Source: Camelus dromedarius
Taxonomy: Eukaryota
DNA length: 64,000 nucleotides
Direction of reading: 5' to 3'
Assembly (NCBI RefSeq): GCF_036321535.1
Contig: NC_087437.1
Location: forward strand, 117,678,001 to 117,742,000
Position 1 is the first letter of the stretch, and every line of letters begins with the position of its first letter. The position numbers and the translations under genes are program-made. Positions 53,585 through 64,000 of this stretch are shown here, in pieces. The notes under the pieces are model-generated. The model saw nothing but the letters and a program-made list of their open reading frames with translations, was not told the DNA's origin and ran no database searches.

Positions 53585-55479
53585 GAACTAATACAGTCAG
53601 TTCAAGTCCCCGTCTTCCTGGGAGCCTCCTCTGCCCTTTTCGGTCCCTGGTGACTTCCTGCCTCTGAAGAGGGAATTTAGCTTCTGGGTCATTCTGGATT
53701 GTGCTGCAGTGTTTGGCTTTGGACGGGCTGGGGTGGCACATCTTGCCTCCTGAGTCAGAGAGGAATGGGGGCAGTTACCTGTCTTCAGGGACCACCCTTC
53801 CGTGCCCAGCACCGTGTGGCCCAGGAGCGGTACGGAACCACTTGTTATGAGAATAGGTTTTACGTGAAAGGTTTGCAGAAAGTCCCCTCTTTAAATCATC
53901 TAAGAATACAGAAGAGGGTGTGAACAATACTAAGCATAATTTGGGAAGTGAGACTGAACTGAAGCTCCCCTCGCCCCATCCTTTTGTTTTCCCACAAGAA
54001 AGAAGAGGCAGGATGGGGTGGGGGGAGAGAAGGCAGGATAAAGGGGAAGAGTGTTGAACCTGCCATGAGGGGAGCGCCGAGGTCCTTGCTTGGTCCCTCA
54101 CTGCTCTAACTGCACGCGAAGAGAGGCTCTCCGCTTGACGGAGACCTTCAAATTCAAACCAGTACGAGTCCCTTGTGAGCCCTGGAGGAAGCTTTGAGTC
54201 TCCTCCTGCTCCAACAACAACATAACTTCACAGTAAATATTTTTGGAGTTGAAGGTGTGTCTTATAATCGTGCCCTTGACTCTTCTAGGTCAAAGCGACA
54301 AGACTGACAGCTCTGGTGAGAGCTAACTCGGGCTGGACACAGTCATCCTTTGAACAGCTAGAATCTTGGGATCAGTTTTTGGCCAGTCCCACCCACCAAC
54401 AGCAGAAGCTCAAGAAAAGGGAACACACATAAGAGGTGAAGGATGGACAAAAAGGTCCTTGGGAACAAGGTACCAGTGTCCCGAATATGCTGGGCATTTA
54501 TGCCAAGTTTCCTACAGGTGAGGGCAGCTGCCAAGATGTCCACACCCTGGTTCAGAGCCACACGGGCGCCCCCTGAAGTCGTTGTAGATCAGACATTTGC
54601 TTCCTATTTCCACTCTAATAGATGCCTCAGCTTGGCCACACAATCAGTCTCTTCTGTAATGCAAGCACCCAGCTGCAGTCCACCAGGCCGGGCACTCCCT
54701 CGGCCTGGGACCCCCAAGGACTTGGCAGCAATCCCTTGGCTAGTTGCTCAACAAGACTCAGTCTGGTCGGTTGCACCCTGTTTACGACAATCGTAATTTA
54801 CTAGAACCAATAAAATATGAGTACAAAAGAGAGCTGTTTTTATGACAATTGATGGGACTTTTTGGAAAAGCTTTCTAAAGCTTAGTTAGAATAAAAGAAG
54901 CTTCAGGACCAGTGAGAAGAACAGGACATGTGGCAAAAAACCAAGGCAAACAGGCAAGTTAAAAAGACAGGTTATTGGCCGGCAACTATATGCTTTTACT
55001 CCACTGTCAAGTAATTAAAGCGGAAGTTGCAGATGGTCCAGGATGAATACAGTTCAAGGAATGAAAGAACACAGAACTCTAATCGCTTCACCCGAAACAG
55101 CCTGGGGCATTCGATTAGCCAATGATTACATAATAGACATATATTTATATGTTTTAAGTTAAAATAGAATGGTTACGTCTCTTGGTCGCTGTACGATGCA
55201 GTGAATCTTTCTTTAGTTGATTACTTCCATTAACTTGCCTTGATCACATCAGATCAAAGCACTTCCATTGCACTTACTGTCTAAACCCCATCTGGCTTCT
55301 CAGACACTGACTTGTGGTTTATCTCGTACAATCTCTCCTTGGAGGGTTATTAGAATTTGGCACAAGAAAATGGTAACTCTGTTGAAACTGAGGAACGAGA
55401 CGTTCTGGAAGAATTTTCAGGATTGCTGAGCCAACCCTTTAAGAACCAGAAATAAATTTTTACTTCTGGTTTGGGTTAT

Positions 55480-55710
55480 ACCATAATGGTTAAAGGTCTG
55501 GGCCTTGCGGCCCCCGCGGCTGGCCCAGCTCCACCACTCGGGCCTACGTCCTGGGAGTGTTCACTAAGCTGCCTGTGTGAGTTTCAGTTTCCTCATCTAT
55601 GAAGCCGCAACAACACCTATTTACCATTTTACTGCTAGCATTATGAGGGCTAAAGAATTAACACAGAGTCCTGAACACAATATGCACTAGATAGAGTCTA
55701 GCTATTGCTT
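55480..55710 (+). mobile_element. MIR relic
   Basis: cagctccaccact...gtgagtttcagtttcctcatctatgaa. Confidence 0.6.
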
Positions 55711-56029
55711 GTAACACCCACTGTCATTTCTTTATATCGCATGTCGTTGAAGGAACCTGGCCTCTACTTTTGACTTTTGACTCAGGGTTGAATTACAAAC
55801 ACCAGATGCTGAGCGCGTAGGACGGTGTGTCTGGGACACAGTTTGTGAAAACGCACCTAGCCATCAGGTCACATTTTGGTAATCCTTTTTCTTATGAAAA
55901 AGGCATGCTTAGGCAGCTTTCACAACTTTCCGGCCGCCATTTGGTGAATTTCTGACTCCAAAGTTGATTGGTTGAAGTAAAGCATGCAGCTGCCAAGAAC
56001 CATCTCTCTCCAGTCTCCCAGTCTGCCTA

Positions 56030-56720
56030 GACCTCTCTCCGCTCCGCAGGTGCTTTTAGAATCATGTGTCTTGACTGCCAATGGCACTTGCACTTGGACG
56101 CATGGCATCTTACACCCGTCCTGCTCCAACCAGGGCTCAGCATCCTCTCTCCCAAGCTCCCTCCTCTCCTCCTCTATCGCCAGAAATGGCACAGCCATCT
56201 CCTCGGCTGCAAAAGCCAGGACCTAGAATTCTTCTCCCGTCCCCCTCCTCGCTCTCAGTGGATGTGTAAGGTCGGTGTGCCCTTCAGACCTCCGTGTGGA
56301 CGTGTCAGGTCAGTGGCCAGGCTCTCTTCCACAGCCCTGGACCCCTTTTCAGGTCCCCAGATGTGGGATGTGGCATGCGTCGCCCACGTCAGGTCCTTGG
56401 CACGTGACGGCCGAGAGCCTTGGGCTCCCGCCTGGAACCGTCCCCACCCCACCTCGCCTCGGCAACTCTTACTCATCTCTCAGGTTCACTTTCTCAAGAA
56501 AGCTCTCGGTCACTAGCCTGGACTAGATCAGGGCTCCCATATTCTCTCTGAAGACGCCTCCTCCCAGCACTTATCACAGCTCGCTCCGGAGTGAGTAGTA
56601 AACCTGTGCCCCCACCAGCTTGCAGGCCCCACCTCGCCTGTGTTCTCTGCTGTGTCTCCAGGGCCTGGGCCAGGATCTGGAAATCCTAGGTCCTCCAAAC
56701 AGATTTTCTCCACGAGCTCA
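56030..56720 (+). mobile_element. L2 relic
   Basis: aatggcacagccatctcctcggctgcaaaagccaggacctagaattc and tgttctctgctgtgtctccagggcctgg. Confidence 0.55.
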
Positions 56721-56721
56721 A

Positions 56722-57349
56722 TGTGGTAGGCAGAATTCTCACCCCTGATGTACCTGCCTGTGTAATTACTTCCTGAAAATGTGGGCGGTCCCTGTCACTA
56801 TGATGGATGGGTAACTCTCAAACTCAGGTGACATTCTGTGGCAAAGGTGAAGGGAGCTTGCAGATACAATCAAGGCTCTACTCAGCTGACTTTAAGTTAA
56901 TCAAAAGGAGAGTATCTTGGGTGGGCCTGGCTTAATGAGACGAGCCTCTAGAGAGCCTAGAAGTCAGAGAGGGAAGAAGTGACAGCAGTTTGAAGCAGTA
57001 GAGACACGCTTCTGCTGGTGAGGGAGAGACAAACGGCCCTGCTCCGACCACATGACAATGTGACCCACTGGGGCCAGATGACAGGGGTTGTTGGTGGCCT
57101 CTGGGAACTGAGGAGCTGGTCTCAGCCCTCCAGACACGTGGACGGGGTCCTGCCGATCACCAGTGAGCTCGGGAGAGGATGGACCTCAGAGGGGACTCCA
57201 GGCCCAGCTGGCACTGTGACTTCAGCCTCTGAGACCCTGATCCAGGGGCCCTGCTGACTCACACCTGACTCCTGACCCAGGACACGGTGAGATAATAACG
57301 TGTTGTTTTAAGGTGCTAAATCTGTGATGATTTGTTCCGCAGCACAGAA
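56722..57349 (+). mobile_element. MaLR solo LTR (MLT1E-like)
   Basis: tgtggtaggcagaattct...tcagctgactttaagttaatcaaaaggaga...gtgagataataacgtgttgttttaaggtgctaaatctgtgatgatttgtt. Confidence 0.85.
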
Positions 57350-57524
57350 GAGGGAGCCATGCAGTCAGGCCATCTCATATCTTAATGTGAAACATCAACG
57401 CCATTTTCTGTAAGAACATTGCCTTGATCTGAAGTAGGACAAAAGTCCAAGTCCCGCACAGACACTTCTGATAGCTTCATTTAGGCATCATCGTTTTTCT
57501 GGTCTTGGTGATCAGCCGCAGGCA

Positions 57525-57877
57525 GGTGTGTGTGTGTATGTGTGTGGCTGTGGTTTGTGTGGTGTGTGTCTGTGATGTGTGCGGTGTGCGTGTATGTGAC
57601 GCCTGTGGTGTGTGTGGTGTGTGTGTCTGTGGTGTGTGTGTATTGTGTATGGTGTGGGGTGTGGGTATGTGATCTTATGTGTAGTGTGTGTAAGTGATGC
57701 ATGTGGTGTGTGTGATATCCGTGTGTATAATGTGTGTATATGTGATGTGTGTGGTGTGTGTACATCCGTGTTTGTGCATGTATGTGTGGTGTGTGTATGT
57801 AATCTGTGTGTGCAGTGTGTCTGTAACTGGTGAGTGTGATGTGTGTGTACACCCGTGTGTGTGTGTGTGTGTGTGTG
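57525..57877 (+). repeat. Long degenerate (TG)n low-complexity tract (~350 bp)
   Basis: Interrupted gtgtgt runs; source of the His/Thr- and Cys/Val-rich spurious ORFs. Confidence 0.95.
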
Positions 57878-58491
57878 CCCGTGTAACCCACCATGAAAAC
57901 CAGATCCACCCAAACCCCAGAGTCCACAGTGGCTTCTCTGAGCCACGAGCAGATGACGTGACACACACAGACGTGCCCAGAACAGCAGGTGTCATCATGG
58001 CCAAGCAAGGCACACTTGTCCCTTTTCTCTTCCCATTTCCAGAAGACTCCACCATTTCTGGCCTTTGCTCTCAGGAGAGCAGTGGTTTTCAAACACCCTT
58101 TAAAGCAGACGATTCCTTCAGTGTGTCACGTGGGAAAGCAGTGTCTAACAAGGGAAGTGGGATGGCTCTTTCTGAAGCAGAGCAGGGAGCAGGGGGCCCA
58201 GGGGGCCTCTCCATCACTGCTGGGCGCCTCTGAGGCCCCCCAGGAGCACCGAGGCTTCACAGGAACCCATATGGGATCACCGCAGTGCAGGCAGCTGTGA
58301 CCTCCCAGGACATCCTGGTCTGCTGTGCGGCTGGTGTGCCTGCCACTGCACAGAGCACATCACAGCACTGCCAGATGCTCTCGGGCTGTGGAATCCTAAG
58401 CAGTATTGATACTGACTAGTTGATTGGCAGGTCATCCCAGGACACACACCTTCAGTGCCTACTGAGGGGCAGCACCGCTGGTGGTTAGGCA

Positions 58492-58523
58492 AACACACAC
58501 ACACACACACACACGCCACACAC
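58492..58523 (+). repeat. (CA)n microsatellite
   Basis: aacacacacacacacacacacacgccacacaca. Confidence 0.95.
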
Positions 58524-61500
58524 AGGATCCCTCACTTCTAAGGTATCAAGATGCAGCTTCATCACCACCTGAGGACACACCATCCCTGCCTTCAAGAGAA
58601 TGTGTGGCTCAAGACCCGGGGCCCAGAGGGCTCAGAAACATCCCGATACCCGTCTATCTTTCCCTTACTCGTAGCTCCACTTTCAGTCCTACCAGAGACG
58701 GTTAACGTGGCTGGAGGGACCAACGATCACGTGCCCCCCTCCTGCGGGTCTTCGTCCCACACACCACCTTACAGGGCTCTGTGCGTCAGCGACGCGCTCC
58801 GTAAACAACTGCAGTAAGACCCAGCTGGCCACCGCTTTTACACAGACACAACGTTTACTCTGGCAGAAAAGCATCAGGGCTGAAACCACCTTCTGCCTGC
58901 GGAGTGAAGCCGACAACTAGACAGTTAACAGACTGCTGGTCTGTGTTCTCTTTCCCCGTGGCTTTGCTCAGATTACACTCTGAGCAAGCAGAGTGGTCTT
59001 AGGACCTCACAAACGTTACATAACTCAGAGTTAGTTGTCTTGTGTTCACAAACAGAAAGCTCGATAGGCAAGCAGCCTTCTGTGGCCTTGCAGCAGTGAT
59101 AAAGGTGTGCGCTCTCACTGACTGAGCCGTCCTGGGAGGAGAACCTGAATCCTGAGCAGTTCTCACAGACCCTGAGAACGTGCCCGCGGACCCAGGGCTG
59201 TACTTACAGATCTGAGACTGTGTCTATGGACTCAGGAGCATGTCCAAGGGTCCACTGGCTCAAGCATCCTTACAGAGGCTAAGAAACGACTTACGGCAAG
59301 AAGACTCGTTCTCTAAACAAAATTTCCACTGCTAACGGCCCTCTGTGAAAGTAAACTTCCTGTTTGCTTTATTTTTCAATTTTATGTATTTATTTAATCT
59401 ATTTTAATTAACTAATTTATTATTTGATTCTGTTTTTGTCTCTTTCATGAGTAAGTGAAACATTTTTCCTTTTTTAAGGTGATCAGTGAACTAGCAACAC
59501 AATTTAAAACTCCAGGCCCCTTGATACTGAGAGGTTTAAGAACAGTGCTGGACGCAGAGGATGGAATTGAATATTGTCATTAATGTGTTAGTATTTCTTC
59601 AGTTCCAAGAACATCAATAAACAAGGAAACTTCAACTTGTGCCTCTACTGAGGAAAAACTTAACAGATGTTGACAATTTTTGTTTTACTGGAATTCTATC
59701 CACATGTTTACATCATTTAACTGGAGTTGGCAGTGTAATCCAAATTGCAAAACTGTAAGACTTCATAGACGCGTAAGCAGGATCTGTACTCTGTATCTGA
59801 CGAAGCATCTTTCAAGCAGACGCAAGTTGCACTCGGTTCTGTAAACTGCTTCAGTGCCTATTTAGATTAGATTTGGAGTCTATAAAGGTGGCTGGCACAG
59901 TTCTTCACCATTCCTAAATTAGTGAATTTTTCACGTGAATCTGGGAGATCAGCTTATTATTACACTAGTTTTTCTCTCCTTTTACCTAATCTCTGCTCTG
60001 CCTTTTTTTTGAAGATGTGATGATTTATCCCAAGTAAATACCGACATTCAGTTTTATAACACGCTTTGTTCCACACACTAAGCACAAGTGGAATTCTTCG
60101 CCTCCTCCCTGGGGCAACTGGTATACCCAAGGCAGGGCCTTCCAGAGTCAACGGCATCGCCACGCACCGTCAGCACTGGATATGAATGCACAGACTTCTT
60201 GATTGACAAATTAGACTTTGGGTCCCAGGGTAGGTCTTGAGACAGAACTCTACAACTTCTAAAACTGGAAGATCAATTAAAAATTGGCCCCAAATTACCA
60301 GTCAGTAAGGAGATGTGGGGAGCCTTTCCTCCTTATTGGATTTCTGTACATTCTTCTGAAAAATGCAGGTGTCAAAATGTATGTTGCTGATCAATTTGCC
60401 CTTTAAATAATAATTCCAGTGACATCTGTGTTATTGCTTAGCAATGCAAAAGAACGTTCCACCCTCGCTCTGCAGGCGTGGAGATCAAATAATCAGGTAT
60501 CTCGTGTCAGGAGCCATCCCACCACATGTCAATCCAGGTGTTTGCACACATCACTTCACTTTTTATATCTTCCTTCTGAGCAGCCTGATTGTTACGGAGA
60601 TTTTGCACACGGGGACAGTCCGGTTCAGAGGAGGGGCAAGGTGCCACAGTCCAAGAGCCAGCAGCTGGCAGAGCCAGCCTCCAGAGCAGCTCTGAGTCTA
60701 TCACATTTTAAAAGCTAACTGTCTTCACTCGGGACATAGCTTTGTAGACTTCTCTATGAATGTGGGACTTCCTAATGGCATTGCATTCTGACCTTAGATT
60801 TCCCTAAATAATCCAATTTCTTTGAGCAGAACTGGCTGACACCTGCACATAACTGGGCATGATTACTTATGTGTTCTACAAAACCCCCCAAAACTGAAAG
60901 TAATGAGGTTTCATTTGGGTGCAGGAACTAGAATGCAAGAAGGGCTAGAGAGACAGTGAAGATACTGTCTGAGGGGAGATGGACGGGGCTGCTTGGGGGT
61001 GCAGGGCTGAGCAGAGAGTGGCTGACAATGTCAGCAAAGTGTTGAAAGGAGTCACAAAAGCTGAAGGGAAGAGTCTCTCCAGGCCTCTGAGTGCATGTCC
61101 CTCGCTTTGCTCCCACAGGACAGACAAGAAGCGAAGCAACAGCATGTTGATAATCTACATAGTAAAGGACACCAAACCTACCACTATGTGGTCAATCACA
61201 GGCAATGGACAGCAGCCCCACCCCAATCCTACCCCACTTCCTGGGGAACAGAGTGGAAAAAATTGCAGAGCCAAATTAGCACAGAATTTAGGGACAGCAG
61301 TTCCCCCCAGTCCTGGCTCTGGAATCATTCTAAGCTCTGATTTGGAATTATTTCACACGGGTATCAATTTGCCATCAGTCGCTCCTTCCTTTTCTCACTA
61401 TTGCTATTGTGCGTATTGGAACTTGAGTTATTCTTCAGAAAGCCTTGGATGAGACCCCTCAGGGTTTCCCTTAAAATAATACAAAAAACTACTTTGCATC

Positions 61501-61781
61501 CAGTTTTTGTGGGTTTGGGACATAGCCCTATAATCAAGTCCAAATTGTGTGGAACAGCAAGAATTAATGATCTGAAAAACATGCTATGGTTTAAAATTTT
61601 ACTGAATCATCATAAATTCTTGTAATTAAAAAATCAAACATGAAGCTCTCAAATTGAGGGCTTACTCTCATGTTATTCTCAAGCTGGCATGGAACATGAT
61701 GACTTAGACCATTATGTAATGTTTAAGTGGGGAGACGGAGCTAATCAGAGCTTCCACTAACAGCTAAAGAGTCTAAAATTA

Positions 61782-62336
<555 letters not shown>

Positions 62337-63309
62337 TTATCGCAGTGGCGGGCACGCGCCTTCCCCGCCCTGTCCTTGCTGCCAGCGCTGCCCCCGGCCT
62401 CCACCAGTCACGCCCTGAAATTACTCAGAGGGACACAGCCTTCATGCGGCGCCGACACTCTGTGGCCCTTTGGAAAAGGTTCTTTGCACCAAACTGCCAC
62501 AGAGCACCAGGCAGAAATCGGGCCGAAAAACAGCAATTCACCCCAAGTTAAGTGTTATACACCCCCCGCCAGCACTGTGGCTCCAGAAGGGTCCCCGCAG
62601 GAGCTGACCCCACACCCTGAAGCCAGGGACTGGGACCACGTGTGCTCCCTCCGTAGGGACTCTTCTAACTGCTCATCAAGAGGGTTAAGAAGCCAAACTG
62701 GCCTTCCATGTGCATGTGACTTTCAGGGCCTCACTTCTCAGACATCTGAGCGGAGCTGAGGAGGCTCGGCGAGCTCCTCCTGTCACCTGGAGTGAACTCC
62801 CCCGCGTCCTCGCCGCAGTGACATGCTGGAGTGTCAGAAACTCGGCGACAGCTAAAAATGCTGCATGATCTGGGGTGGGATCCACTCGTACTGTGCAAAG
62901 ACGGGACGATCTGCTCTCCCTTCTGAGGCCCAGGACACACGGCAATTTGAGAAAACTCCCAACCACGTGTGAAACACCTCCGCGGGCGCCCTGGGCTTTG
63001 AAATGAGCCGCCTGCAGGGGAGGCAGAGGAGAGGGGGGCCCGGGGAACTGCCCCCCCCCGGGTCAAGTGGCTGTTGTGGAATGTCTGAGGGGGCAGCCTG
63101 GCCTGGTGTGTCCAGTCACTAAGAACCGGTGTGGGAGATGGGGTTCAGGAGACCGTCCTCCTCTATGGTTGGCTGTGGTGAGAGCCACCTCTGCGCACAT
63201 CTGGACAGTGACGAGGCTGCCTGACGGCGTCTCTCACTCTCCCTGGCTTCAGTGAAGCCACCTCGAGCCGGCATGTGACTGAGGTGCCAGCCCTGTTCTG
63301 GGCACACAC

Positions 63310-63425
63310 CTTAACTCATTTATCCCGCTCAACCATCCTCTGCTCTCCACAACCCATTCCTCTTATAGGTGAGGAAACTGAGGCAGAGAGAGGCTCCATT
63401 ATCTTGCCCAAGGTCACGGATCCCA
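63310..63425 (-). mobile_element. MIR relic
   Basis: ttataggtgaggaaactgaggcagagagagg...cttgcccaaggtcac. Confidence 0.7.
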
Positions 63426-64000
63426 GCACGGGCCATGGAGCCACAGGGCTGGCCACGTGTCCCCAGTCCACGATCTCAGCCATGTGCTGTTGTCGCCCGG
63501 TGGAACTGCCACCGGGGCCAGATGAAACAGGCTTCTGCTGGTCTGGCTTTCTCCTCCTGCTGTTTTTCGATTCCCTGGTCCTTCTAGCACAGGGCACATA
63601 AGCTCAGAGATGAACGGCCCCCTGTGTTGTGATTATGACGACTGTGTCTGTTTCGGCTTTTAGTCATCAAAAGGATCAGGGTTGACGTGGACACAGCAGA
63701 AAAGTCGAATTTAACGCAGTGGGTAGCCAAGGCTTGTCCTGTGAAGTCAGGGACCCCTGTGTGTGACGAGGGTTGGGAGGGGAGTGAAGAAATGGGTCCA
63801 AGAGAGATGAGTGAGCCACAGACTCAGCCCCAGACCCCGGCACCAGCCAAAGGTTCCCACCTGGAGCAGACAGGGGGCAAGTTCTGGGGGCAAGATGCTT
63901 TGCTGGGGGAAGAGAGCAGGGCAAGGGGGCAGCCCCCCAAAGATGTCTGTGGCCTAGTGTCTTCTGGGGGAGGCCAGCAGGTGGCAGACCTTTAGGGGCC

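Noticed and set aside
57481..58233. Long His/Thr-rich and Cys/Val-rich ORFs (203, 150, 179 aa)
   Set aside because: They are translations of the TG/CA low-complexity tract.

Overview
Mammalian genomic DNA, not prokaryotic. It is probably from a camelid (inference from tRNA-Ala-derived SINEs of the Vic-1 type and camelid-like L1 3' ends). The whole window lies inside DSCAM on the minus strand. Twelve GT-AG exons (62311 down to 944; 1779 nt, 593 codons) splice into one uninterrupted frame with consistent intron phases. They encode part of FN3-3, FN3-4, Ig10, FN3-5, FN3-6, the transmembrane helix, the basic juxtamembrane stretch and the start of the cytoplasmic tail. They correspond to about exons 19-30 in human numbering (numbering recalled, not checked). 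One is a 31-nt microexon, and four exons (23, 24, 28, 29) are missing from the ORF track. The introns hold L1, L2, MIR, MaLR and ERV1 relics, three tRNA-derived SINEs and simple repeats. Almost all other ORF-track entries are spurious. I cannot demonstrate a new biological system. The best leads concern RNA processing: an inverted SINE pair bracketing exons 25-27 (candidate stop-free circRNA or TM-less isoform), splice junctions that regenerate 5' splice sites, a UG-flanked in-frame cryptic exon, and sense L1 poly(A) signals. Repeat family names come from visual recognition and their boundaries are approximate.
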